Assembly (NCBI RefSeq): GCF_900187275.1
Contig: NZ_LT906458.1
Coordinates: 1,110,001-1,142,000 of the forward strand
Direction: 5' to 3'
Source of the DNA: Pasteurella multocida
GTDB taxonomy: Bacteria > Pseudomonadota > Gammaproteobacteria > Enterobacterales > Pasteurellaceae
DNA: 32,000 bases
Shown: positions 9,061-18,138 of the stretch, piece after piece
How positions within the stretch are numbered: position 1 is the first letter of the stretch
Layout of the letters: the number at the start of each line of letters is the position of its first letter
Notes under the pieces: generated by a model
Told to the model about the DNA's origin: nothing
Seen by the model: only the letters and a program-made list of their open reading frames with translations
The model's database searches: none
Translations under genes and position numbers: made by a program

Positions 9061-9085
9061 TTTTTCATTCCTAAAAGGGAAAACT

Positions 9086-10936
9086 ATGTTAAATCGTTAC
9101 CCTCTTTGGAAGAACCTAATGGTGATCCTCGTGATCGCCATTGGCGTTTTATACTCTCTTCCAAATCTTTATGGTGAAGATCCCGCAGTGCAAATTTCTG
9201 GCACCCGAGGACAAGAAGCCAATGCTCAAATATTTAGTGAAGTCCAAACTTTATTAAATCAAAACAACTTAGAAACTAAATCGATTATTCTAGAAAATGG
9301 CTCTATTCTTGCTCGTTTTCATAATACCGATGATCAATTACTTGCCAAAGATAAACTGTCTGAAAAATTAGGTAATGGCTATTCTGTTGCCTTAAACCTT
9401 GCGCCGGCAACACCGAAGTGGCTCACTTCAGTTGGCGCTTATCCGATGAAATGGGGATTAGACTTACGTGGTGGTGTCCGCTTCTTAATGGAAGTGGATA
9501 TGAAATCGGCTTTACATAAACGTCAAGAACAATTACAAGACAACCTGCGTACCCAATTACGTAAAGAAAAATATCAGTATACGGGGATTAAATCTGCTGA
9601 AAATTTCAGTACGCTCGTCACCTTATTAAAACCAGAACAACTGGATGAGGTACAACGTTTTTTACGTAAACAGCATCATAATTTAGAGATTAAAAGCGTT
9701 TCAGACAATACCTTAGCGTTAACCCTTTCTGAAGCCGCACTCAATGAATCTCGTGAAAGTGCTATTGAGCAAAACTTGACGATTTTACGTAAACGTGTGT
9801 CTGAATTGGGTGTGTCTGAAGCAGTGATTCAACGTCAAGGCGCTGAACGTATTGTGGTTGAGTTACCTGGTGTACAAGATACCGCGCGTGCGAAAGAAAT
9901 CCTAGGCGCAACCGCGACGTTGGAATTCCGTTTAGTCAATGAAAATGTCAATCTTGATTCGGCAACACGCGGCTTTGTACCAAATGATTCAGAAGTAAAA
10001 TTGGATCGCAATGGTCGCCCAGTTGTCCTGTATAAACGTGCCGTACTCGGTGGTGAACATATTACTAACGCCAGTTCAGGGCTAGATCAACAAACTTCCC
10101 GTCCGCAAGTCAGCGTGACCTTAGACAGTGAAGGTGGCGAGATCATGTCACAAGCTACCCGTTTGAATCTGAAAAAACCGATGGCGACGTTATATGTTGA
10201 ATATAAAGACAGCGGTAAGAAAGATGAAAATGGCAAAGCGATCTTAGAAAAACACGAGGAAGTCATTAACGTCGCGACGATTCAAGGCCGTTTTGGTAGC
10301 CAATTCCAAATTACCGGCATTGATAGCCCTGCAGAAGCGTTAAATCTTGCAGTGTTACTCCGTTCTGGTGCCTTAATTGCCCCCATTCAAATTGTCGAAG
10401 AACGCACGATTGGACCCTCACTGGGGGCTGAAAACGTACGCCAAGGTTTAGAGGCCAGTTTCTGGGGCTTACTCGCCGTCATTATTTTCATGACACTTTA
10501 CTATCGTAAATTTGGTTTGATCGCTAATATTGCGTTGATTGCGAATATTGTTTTAGTGGTTGGTTTAATGTCATTACTGCCGGGCGCCACCTTGTCAATG
10601 CCAGGAATTGCTGGGATCGTACTATCCGTTGGGATGTCCATTGATGCTAACGTACTGATCTTTGAACGTATTAAAGAAGAAATCCGTAATGGTAGACCTA
10701 TTCAGCAAGCCATTCACGAAGGCTATTCTGGCGCATTCACCAGTATTTTTGATGCAAACTTAACCACTATTCTCACCTCCGTGATTCTTTATGCCGTGGG
10801 TGCAGGTCCGGTGAAAGGCTTTGCAATTACACTTGCCCTTGGGGTAGGGATTTCCATGTTTACCGCCATTGTCGGCACACGTGCAATCGTCAACTTCTTG
10901 TACGGCGGTAAACGTATAAACAAATTGTCAATTTAG
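9086..10936 (+). CDS. secD: Protein translocase subunit SecD
   Basis: 616 aa. MLNRYPLWKN start, a large periplasmic domain and C-terminal TM bundle. Confidence 0.97.
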   Translation: MLNRYPLWKNLMVILVIAIGVLYSLPNLYGEDPAVQISGTRGQEANAQIFSEVQTLLNQNNLETKSIILENGSILARFHNTDDQLLAKDKLSEKLGNGYSVALNLAPATPKWLTSVGAYPMKWGLDLRGGVRFLMEVDMKSALHKRQEQLQDNLRTQLRKEKYQYTGIKSAENFSTLVTLLKPEQLDEVQRFLRKQHHNLEIKSVSDNTLALTLSEAALNESRESAIEQNLTILRKRVSELGVSEAVIQRQGAERIVVELPGVQDTARAKEILGATATLEFRLVNENVNLDSATRGFVPNDSEVKLDRNGRPVVLYKRAVLGGEHITNASSGLDQQTSRPQVSVTLDSEGGEIMSQATRLNLKKPMATLYVEYKDSGKKDENGKAILEKHEEVINVATIQGRFGSQFQITGIDSPAEALNLAVLLRSGALIAPIQIVEERTIGPSLGAENVRQGLEASFWGLLAVIIFMTLYYRKFGLIANIALIANIVLVVGLMSLLPGATLSMPGIAGIVLSVGMSIDANVLIFERIKEEIRNGRPIQQAIHEGYSGAFTSIFDANLTTILTSVILYAVGAGPVKGFAITLALGVGISMFTAIVGTRAIVNFLYGGKRINKLSI

Positions 10937-10946
10937 CGAGGATATT

Positions 10947-11918
10947 GTGAGTTTATTTACAGATAAAAAAGATGCGCCTGAATTGAGCAATATTAAACTA
11001 CCCTATCGCTTAATTCACTTTATGGCTCACCGTAAATGGGGCTATCTACTTTCGATTTTAGTCATTGTTGCGTCACTCTTTTTCATCGTGACCAAAGGCT
11101 TTAACTGGGGGCTCGACTTTACCGGTGGAACAGTCATTGACATGAGCTTTTCTCAGCCTGCCGAATTAGATAAAGTTCGCCTCACTCTTGAGCAAAAAGG
11201 TATTCAAGGGGCGATTGTACAAAACTCAGGTAGTGTGCGCGATATTATTATTCGTTTACCTGCCGCGATCAGTGATGCCAATATTGGTAACAATATTAAA
11301 GAACTGTTTGCTGCGACGGTAGATAAAAATGTCACTGTACACAGTATTGAGTTTGTGGGACCAAACGTAGGTGAAGAATTAACCCAATCTGCGATTTATG
11401 CGACCTTAGCGACCTTATTGATGTTATTAGTTTATATCGGTATGCGCTTTGAATGGCGTCTAGCATTAGGGGCGGTTGCTTCATTAGCGCATGATGTGTT
11501 GGTAACGCTTGGACTCTTTTCTTTACTGCAAATTGAAATGAACCTCACCTTTGTGGCAGCGATTCTCACTGTGGTAGGTTATTCACTCAATGACAGTATT
11601 GTCGTCTTTGACCGTGTACGAGAAAACATCCGTAAAATTAGACGAACAGATGTTTTAGATATTATCAATATATCGCTGTCGCAAACGTTATCAAGAACTT
11701 TAATGACCTCCGCGACAACCATTATCGTCGTGGTTTCCTTGTTATTATTCGGTGGACCGAGTATTCACAGTTTTTCCGTTGCGTTATTAATTGGGATTGG
11801 TTTTGGTACCTACTCCTCTATTTTCGTGGCAATTGCGCTTGCTTATGACTTAGGCTTGAAACGCGAACACATGTTGCCACCGAAAGTGGATAACGATGCT
11901 CTTGATGAACTCCCTTAA
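10947..11918 (+). CDS. secF: Protein translocase subunit SecF
   Basis: 323 aa with a GTG start. GLDFTGGT and VGYSLNDSIVVFDRVREN motifs are present. Confidence 0.95.
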   Translation: MSLFTDKKDAPELSNIKLPYRLIHFMAHRKWGYLLSILVIVASLFFIVTKGFNWGLDFTGGTVIDMSFSQPAELDKVRLTLEQKGIQGAIVQNSGSVRDIIIRLPAAISDANIGNNIKELFAATVDKNVTVHSIEFVGPNVGEELTQSAIYATLATLLMLLVYIGMRFEWRLALGAVASLAHDVLVTLGLFSLLQIEMNLTFVAAILTVVGYSLNDSIVVFDRVRENIRKIRRTDVLDIINISLSQTLSRTLMTSATTIIVVVSLLLFGGPSIHSFSVALLIGIGFGTYSSIFVAIALAYDLGLKREHMLPPKVDNDALDELP

Positions 11919-11930
11919 GCGAACTTAACT

Positions 11931-11939
11931 AAGTGCGGT
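11931..11939 (+). repeat. Hin-type USS core (part of the secF terminator)
   Basis: Exact AAGTGCGGT. Confidence 0.9.
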
Positions 11940-11970
11940 CTGAAATTGAAAAATTTCAGACCGTTTTTTT
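11936..11970 (+). terminator. Rho-independent terminator of the tgt-yajC-secDF unit
   Basis: cggtctgaaatt pairs with aatttcagaccg across a 4-nt loop, followed by T7. Confidence 0.85.
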
Positions 11971-12004
11971 ATTTTGTCTATTTACGGCTATCAAAAGATT
12001 AAGG

Positions 12005-12035
12005 CAAAAAATAAGCGGTGATAAACACCGCTTAT
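12005..12035 (-). terminator. Rho-independent terminator of glyA
   Basis: On the minus strand, ataagcggtg pairs with caccgcttat and is followed by TTTTTT, 22 nt after the glyA stop. Confidence 0.8.
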
Positions 12036-12057
12036 GTCGTTCTCAAGTAAAAGTCAA

Positions 12058-13320
12058 TTAAGCATAAACAGGAAGACGTTTACAAATTGCTAAGACTTTC
12101 TCTTTTGTCTGTGCAACCACTTGTGCTTCGTTGTCTTTACCCATCGCATCCAACACATCACACATCCAACCGGCTAATTCTGCCGATTCAGCTTCTTTAA
12201 AGCCACGACGGGTGATAGATGGTGTGCCGACACGGATACCTGAGGTCACAAATGGTTTTTGTGGATCGTTTGGTACCGCATTTTTGTTGACGGTAATGTT
12301 TGCACTGCCTAACGCAGCATCTGCTGCTTTACCGGTTAAACCGTGGCTAACTAAATCTACTAAGAATAAATGGTTTTCTGTGCCATTGGATACCACGTTA
12401 TAACCACGTTGTTTAAACACGTCCACCATGGCTTTCGCATTTTTCACCACTTGTTGTTGATACACTTTGTATTCAGGCTCAAGCGCTTCTTTAAAACAGA
12501 CCGCTTTTGCGGCGATCACATGCACTAACGGACCACCTTGGTTGGCAGGGAAAACAGAACTTTGTAATTTTTTATAAAGATCTTCATCTTTCGCAGCCGA
12601 TAGAATTAAACCACCACGAGGTCCCCCTAAGGTTTTGTGTGTGGTAGTAGTCACAACATGTGCATGTGGTAACGGACTTGGGTAAACACCTGCTGCAATC
12701 AGCCCTGCCACGTGCGCCATATCCACGAAAAGATACGCCCCCACTTCATCAGCGATTTCACGCATTTTCGCCCAATCCACTACTTGCGAATAGGCAGAGA
12801 AACCCGCCACGATCATTTTTGGCTTGCACTCTAAGGCTTTTTGACGCACATCTTCATAATCAATTAAACCTTCGGCAGTAATTCCATATTGTACTGCATT
12901 ATAGATTTTACCCGAAAAGCTCACTGATGCACCGTGCGTTAAGTGTCCCCCGTGTGCAAGGCTCATACCAAGAATAGTGTCATGTGGCTGTAATAAGGCA
13001 CCATACACTGCCGCGTTAGCTTGCGAACCCGAGTGGGGTTGTACGTTCACATAATCCGCATGAAATAACTCTTTTGCACGATCAATCGCTAATTGCTCAA
13101 CGATATCTGCATATTCACAACCACCATAATAACGTTTACCCGGGTAACCTTCCGCATATTTATTGGTAAATTGAGAACCCTGTGCTTCCATCACGCGTGG
13201 GCTGGCATAGTTTTCTGATGCAATTAATTCAATGTGTTCTTCTTGACGGCGATTTTCGTCTTGAATTGCCTGCCATAAAACCGGATCGTAATCAGCGATG
13301 TTCATACTTCTTTTTAACAT
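12058..13320 (-). CDS. glyA: Serine hydroxymethyltransferase
   Basis: 420 aa. [15 protein letters not shown]...[12 protein letters not shown] and the [17 protein letters not shown]-lysine motif are present. Confidence 0.98.
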   Translation of the reverse strand: MLKRSMNIADYDPVLWQAIQDENRRQEEHIELIASENYASPRVMEAQGSQFTNKYAEGYPGKRYYGGCEYADIVEQLAIDRAKELFHADYVNVQPHSGSQANAAVYGALLQPHDTILGMSLAHGGHLTHGASVSFSGKIYNAVQYGITAEGLIDYEDVRQKALECKPKMIVAGFSAYSQVVDWAKMREIADEVGAYLFVDMAHVAGLIAAGVYPSPLPHAHVVTTTTHKTLGGPRGGLILSAAKDEDLYKKLQSSVFPANQGGPLVHVIAAKAVCFKEALEPEYKVYQQQVVKNAKAMVDVFKQRGYNVVSNGTENHLFLVDLVSHGLTGKAADAALGSANITVNKNAVPNDPQKPFVTSGIRVGTPSITRRGFKEAESAELAGWMCDVLDAMGKDNEAQVVAQTKEKVLAICKRLPVYA

Positions 13321-13425
13321 TATGATGTCCTCTTTTAAGTAAAGATGATGGTGAATTTGTTTAGTGTACTCGTTTACACGCTATTTTTTAATGAAAATGT
13401 TGTGGGAATTTTTTCATTTTTATAA

Positions 13426-13438
13426 TGAAAAAAATTCA
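13426..13438. promoter_or_regulatory. MetR-type box candidate (TGAA-N5-TTCA) upstream of glyA
   Basis: TGAAaaaaaTTCA is read directly, inside a 13406..13437 AT-only inverted repeat about 105-118 nt upstream of the glyA ATG. The low-complexity context makes a chance match plausible. Confidence 0.3.
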
Positions 13439-13447
13439 TCATGCCAA

Positions 13448-14737
13448 TTAAGCGTTATTTTTCTCTCTTGCCACCGCACGATAACCAATATCACGGCGAT
13501 AAAAACGTCCTGTCCATTTCACTTGTTCAGCCAGTGCCAGTGCTTGTTGTTGCGCATCGTAAACGGTGTCGCCTAATGCCGTCACGCACACAACACGTCC
13601 CCCATTGGTGACTAATTTGCCGTCTTTATTTTCCACGCCGGCTAAAAAAACTTTTTGATTTTCGACCGCACTTTCAATGCCCGTGATTTCATCACCTTTG
13701 CGATAATCGCCTGGGTAACTTTCCGCTGCAAGCACGATACCCAGTGACGCTTGCTCACACCATTGCGATTTTTTCTGATCTAATTTACCGTCACATGCCG
13801 CAAGACAAAGTTCCACTAAATCAGATTCTAAACGTAGCATAATTGGTTGAGTTTCAGGATCACCAAAACGGCAGTTAAATTCGATAACCTTTGGTTGACC
13901 ATTTGGCATAATCATCAAGCCAGCATAAAGGAATCCGGTATAAATATTCCCTTCGGCTGCCATACCATTTACCGTTGGATAAATCACTTGCTGCATAATA
14001 CGCTCATGAATCTCTGGCGTCACAACTGGTGCAGGCGAATACGCGCCCATGCCACCTGTATTTAAACCCGTGTCATTCTCGCCAACACGTTTATGGTCTT
14101 GACTGGTTGCCATCGGCTCCACATTTTTACCGTCCACCATCACGATGAAACTGGCTTCTTCGCCGTCTAAAAATTCTTCAATGACTACTCGGCTACCCGC
14201 CTCACCAAAGGCATTGCCTGAAAGCATCTCTTTCACTGCGGCTTCTGCTTCGTCTAAGGTCATTGCCACAATCACCCCTTTCCCTGCAGCAAGTCCATCG
14301 GCTTTCACCACAATTGGTGCACCTTTTTCACGTAAATAGGCAAGCGCAGGTTCCACTTCTGTAAAGTTTTGGTATTCCGCCGTTGGAATGTGATGACGAG
14401 CTAAGAAATCTTTCGTAAAAGCTTTTGAACCTTCTAATTGTGCGGCTGCTTTGGTTGGTCCGAAAATTTTCAACCCTGCCGCACGGAATGCATCAACTAC
14501 ACCAATGACCAATGGGGCTTCCGGTCCAACAATGGTTAAGCCAATATGGTTTGCTTGTGCAAATGCCACTAATTTTTCCACATCGGTAGCGGAAATCGCA
14601 ACATTTTCCACTTTCTCTTCTAATGCAGTTCCTGCATTGCCCGGTGCAACAAACACTTTCTCTGCCATTGGTGACTGCGCGACTTTCCAAGCCAAAGCAT
14701 GTTCACGACCGCCATTTCCAATAATCAAAATATTCAT
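13448..14737 (-). CDS. purD: Phosphoribosylamine-glycine ligase
   Basis: 429 aa. MNILIIGNGGREHALAWK start and an ATP-grasp core. Confidence 0.97.
   Translation of the reverse strand: MNILIIGNGGREHALAWKVAQSPMAEKVFVAPGNAGTALEEKVENVAISATDVEKLVAFAQANHIGLTIVGPEAPLVIGVVDAFRAAGLKIFGPTKAAAQLEGSKAFTKDFLARHHIPTAEYQNFTEVEPALAYLREKGAPIVVKADGLAAGKGVIVAMTLDEAEAAVKEMLSGNAFGEAGSRVVIEEFLDGEEASFIVMVDGKNVEPMATSQDHKRVGENDTGLNTGGMGAYSPAPVVTPEIHERIMQQVIYPTVNGMAAEGNIYTGFLYAGLMIMPNGQPKVIEFNCRFGDPETQPIMLRLESDLVELCLAACDGKLDQKKSQWCEQASLGIVLAAESYPGDYRKGDEITGIESAVENQKVFLAGVENKDGKLVTNGGRVVCVTALGDTVYDAQQQALALAEQVKWTGRFYRRDIGYRAVAREKNNA
13665..13673 (-). repeat. Hin-type USS core (inside purD)
   Basis: Exact ACCGCACTT. 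Confidence 0.9.
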
Positions 14738-14739
14738 AT

Positions 14740-16326
14740 TTATTCCTTTTTGAAACGATTTTTAGGTATAAAAAATGCAGGTGGCTGATTGGCTTGTACT
14801 TCTAAATAACCTGAATCACCCGTTAAAATCAATGAATTAATTACCCCATGTTGACAATCTGAAATCGGCATATCATATCCCAACATCTTGATAATGAATG
14901 TCGATAATTGTTGATGAAACAGTCTGTCGCAGGCTAAAAACGGTCGTTGTAGCTGCTGCAACGCTGTATTTTCGGTATAAGTCATTATCGGCACTAAGTA
15001 ATTTGCTTCTTTTGCTGTACCTTGGTTATACACTTGGTTTGACACAAACTGCCCATGATCCGATGTGTAAATTAATACCCAGTCATCATGATGTTGTTTG
15101 AGCTGCTTAAAAACTTTTTCAATAAACTGATCCGTATTGTAAAGCGTGCTGTCATAATTATCTAATGGCGTGTTTTCTTTAAATGCTTTTTCTTCTTCCG
15201 ATAAATAATATGCATAGGGTGCGTGAGACCCTCTTTGATGTAACACGATAAAATGATTCCCTTCACTCAAATCTATTTGTTCAAATAAAGGGAGAAGGGC
15301 ATGATCATGCATTCCCTCTGAACGTTTATAGCCGATATCACTCGGGAAAAGTAAATGATCAACCCAGGTTTTCCCCATGATACTCATGATCATCATTTGG
15401 TTTTCAGGCTGCGCTGAATAAAAATAGGTCTGATAGCCTCGTTCTTTCGCTAAACGGAACAAGTTTGTTCTGCCACTAACAATTTGTTCTAGACCATTTG
15501 GACGAGGAATCGCATTAAAAAAAGCAGGCAATGAAATAGCCGTACCTAACCCAGCAGAATAGGCTGGTTTCAATAGCGTTTCTGCCGGTGCATTTTTGAC
15601 TAACTGATCCAAAAATGGCATGGTTTGCCTTTCGTAGCCAAACGTCCCTACATTGCTCGCACTCAAACTTTCCCCCATAATTAGGACAATATTTTTTGCC
15701 ATGGTAGGCTGTGTCATATTAGGTTTATCTCGATAATACACAGACACATTACTCAAATTAAAGAGATCATAAGGCAGTGTTTTACCAATAAAGTAACCAA
15801 AGGCGAAAAAGTTGGCTTTAATTCTCGAATATCCAGGATTAGAGGTGATCCCTAACTCTTGATTGGTATAAAAAGAACGCACAAAGATATAGCCCATCAC
15901 CAAGATAAACGAAATATCAGCCACCCAATGCGTTTTTTGCCTAAAACGCGATATGGAAATAAAAATCAGGATATCTAGCGCCCCCCAAATAATGCCACCG
16001 GCAAGTTTGTCTAACATATGTAAACCGGCATGGGTGACTTCCCAATATTCTTTAAACATTAGTAGATAATTCGTGCCATTAATCCAGTTTTGATAAACCT
16101 CATAATGCACGTTATTAATCAACGTACTACAAGAAAAGAATAAAGCGATAAAAAAGCGTGATACCCTATATTTAGAAAAATAAAATAATGAAAGGACAAC
16201 AAAGATAATCAGAAAACTTTCACTAATACGGTATAAGCTATTAATCTTGAAAAAATAACGATAAAGTATTTCGCTCAATAGCAAAACGGCGGAATAGCCC
16301 AATAAAATAAAAAGACTTTTTTTCAT
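14740..16326 (-). CDS. Membrane-anchored phosphoethanolamine transferase of the sulfatase/alkaline-phosphatase superfamily (Lpt3/EptA-like LOS-modifying enzyme)
   Basis: 528 aa. An N-terminal multi-TM region is followed by IVLIMGESLSA, LHQRGSHAPY, YDSTLYNTD and TSDHGQ, which parallel the conserved EptA/Lpt motifs. The acceptor substrate cannot be told from sequence. Confidence 0.8.
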   Translation of the reverse strand: MKKSLFILLGYSAVLLLSEILYRYFFKINSLYRISESFLIIFVVLSLFYFSKYRVSRFFIALFFSCSTLINNVHYEVYQNWINGTNYLLMFKEYWEVTHAGLHMLDKLAGGIIWGALDILIFISISRFRQKTHWVADISFILVMGYIFVRSFYTNQELGITSNPGYSRIKANFFAFGYFIGKTLPYDLFNLSNVSVYYRDKPNMTQPTMAKNIVLIMGESLSASNVGTFGYERQTMPFLDQLVKNAPAETLLKPAYSAGLGTAISLPAFFNAIPRPNGLEQIVSGRTNLFRLAKERGYQTYFYSAQPENQMMIMSIMGKTWVDHLLFPSDIGYKRSEGMHDHALLPLFEQIDLSEGNHFIVLHQRGSHAPYAYYLSEEEKAFKENTPLDNYDSTLYNTDQFIEKVFKQLKQHHDDWVLIYTSDHGQFVSNQVYNQGTAKEANYLVPIMTYTENTALQQLQRPFLACDRLFHQQLSTFIIKMLGYDMPISDCQHGVINSLILTGDSGYLEVQANQPPAFFIPKNRFKKE

Positions 16327-16364
16327 CCTGATTTACCTTAATGTCAAAAATGACATTGCACATC

Positions 16365-17966
16365 CTAGTGTCTAAAGTGACGCATTCCGGTCAATACCAT
16401 CACCATATTATGTTCATCGGCGGCGTCGATCACTTCTTGATCACGCATTGAACCACCTGGATGAATCACGCATTGAATCCCTACTTTGGCAGCAGCATCA
16501 ATTCCATCACGGAATGGGAAGAACGCATCAGACGCCATCACACAACCTGCCACATCCAGTCCTTCATCTTGCGCTTTAATGCCCGCAATTTTAGCCGAAT
16601 AGACACGGCTCATTTGCCCCGCACCAATACCAATAGTTTGGTTATCTTTGGCATATACGATGGCATTCGATTTAACAAATTTCGCCACTTTCCAGCAGAA
16701 TAACAAATCTTTTAATTCTTGCTCTGTCGGCTGACGTTTGCTCACCACTTTTAAGTCAGCTAAATCGACCATGCCTAAATCAGCTTCTTGAACCAATAAA
16801 CCGCCATTGACACGCTTTACATCTAGGCGTTGTTGCGTACCTGACCACTCACCACATTCTAACACTCGCACATTTTTCTTTGCTTTCAATAAAGCTTTTG
16901 CCTCTTCAGCAACCATTGGTGCAATAATCACTTCCACGAATTGACGATCAATAATCGTTTGCGCAGTGGTGGCATCTAACTCACGGTTAAAGGCAATAAT
17001 GCCACCGAAAGCGGAAGTCGGGTCAGTCTGATAAGCCCGGTTATAAGCCGCCAAAATGTCTGCGCCTAATGCCACACCACAAGGATTGGCGTGTTTCACA
17101 ATGACACAAGCCGGCTCATCAAAGCTTTTCACACATTCAAGCGCAGCATCGGTATCAGCGATATTGTTATAAGAAAGGGCTTTACCTTGTAATTGTTTTG
17201 CGGTGGATACAGAAGCTTCTTTTACGTCTTGCTCCACATAAAAAGCGGCTTTTTGATGCCCATTCTCACCATAACGCATGGTTTGTTTACGGATAAAGTT
17301 TAAATTTAAAGTACGTGGAAACTGACCGCACTTCGCCTCGGCATCTTCTTCCTCTGCAACAAAATAAGGTTTGACTAATTGACCAAAATAGTTCGCAATC
17401 ATGGCATCATATTGTGCCGTATGTTCAAACGCTTTAATCGCAAGATCAAAGCGAGTTTCCAACGTTAGGCTATTTTGGTGTTGATCCATTTCAGCCAGAA
17501 TCGCGTTGAAATCGCTATTATTAACGACAATTGCAACATCTTGATGATTTTTCGCGGCTGAGCGCACCATTGTTGGTCCGCCAATATCAATATTTTCCAC
17601 GGCATCTTCTAAACTGCAATTTGGTTTCGCAACCGTTGCAGCAAAAGGGTATAAATTCACCACCACCATATCGATACCTTCGATACCCTGTTGGCTCATC
17701 ACCTCATCATCTGTACCACGACGCCCTAAAATACCACCATGTACTTTGGGATGTAATGTCTTCACGCGTCCATCCATCATTTCTGGAAAGCCTGTGTAAT
17801 CTGAGACTTCTGTTACCGCTAAGCCGTGGTCAGCTAATAATTTGGCAGTACCACCTGTTGAAAGTAATTTCACACCACGTTGAACAAGAGCTTGAGCGAA
17901 CTCAACAATACCTGTTTTATCAGAAACACTCAGTAATGCTTGGCGAATAGGACGATTAGGTTGCAT
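16365..17966 (-). CDS. purH: Bifunctional AICAR transformylase / IMP cyclohydrolase
   Basis: 533 aa. [27 protein letters not shown] and a C-terminal MRHFRH are present. Confidence 0.97.
   Translation of the reverse strand: MQPNRPIRQALLSVSDKTGIVEFAQALVQRGVKLLSTGGTAKLLADHGLAVTEVSDYTGFPEMMDGRVKTLHPKVHGGILGRRGTDDEVMSQQGIEGIDMVVVNLYPFAATVAKPNCSLEDAVENIDIGGPTMVRSAAKNHQDVAIVVNNSDFNAILAEMDQHQNSLTLETRFDLAIKAFEHTAQYDAMIANYFGQLVKPYFVAEEEDAEAKCGQFPRTLNLNFIRKQTMRYGENGHQKAAFYVEQDVKEASVSTAKQLQGKALSYNNIADTDAALECVKSFDEPACVIVKHANPCGVALGADILAAYNRAYQTDPTSAFGGIIAFNRELDATTAQTIIDRQFVEVIIAPMVAEEAKALLKAKKNVRVLECGEWSGTQQRLDVKRVNGGLLVQEADLGMVDLADLKVVSKRQPTEQELKDLLFCWKVAKFVKSNAIVYAKDNQTIGIGAGQMSRVYSAKIAGIKAQDEGLDVAGCVMASDAFFPFRDGIDAAAKVGIQCVIHPGGSMRDQEVIDAADEHNMVMVLTGMRHFRH
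17325..17333 (-). repeat. Hin-type USS core (inside purH)
   Basis: Exact ACCGCACTT. Confidence 0.9.
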
Positions 17967-18017
17967 GGAAAATCCTTAAAATTAAGCGTTGAAAATAAGT
18001 CATAAAAGAAAGGTCGC

Positions 18018-18047
18018 ATTATAACGCAAACGTTTGCGCTTGTGTAA
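18018..18047 (-). promoter_or_regulatory. purH promoter (minus strand: TTACAC, 18-nt spacer, TATAAT)
   Basis: The -10 is the complement of 18018..18023 and the -35 the complement of 18042..18047, about 50 nt upstream of the purH ATG. Confidence 0.55.
18024..18039. promoter_or_regulatory. PurR operator
   Basis: ACGCAAACGTTTGCGC is a near-perfect palindrome matching the E. coli PUR box consensus ACGCAAACGTTTTCNT. It fills the spacer between the -35 and -10 of the purH promoter. Confidence 0.8.
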
Positions 18048-18138
18048 CGATTTTCAATAAAAAAACAGCTTATTTCTCTCATCATAAAAATAAGCTGTAT
18101 TGTTTTAGCGCTCACAAAGATAAGAAGAAGCCTCTTCC

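Noticed and set aside
13340-13380. A PurR box upstream of glyA (gtgtaaacgagtacac on the minus strand)
   Set aside because: Only the central AAACG and a few flanking positions match the 16-bp PUR consensus, so the match is too weak to call.
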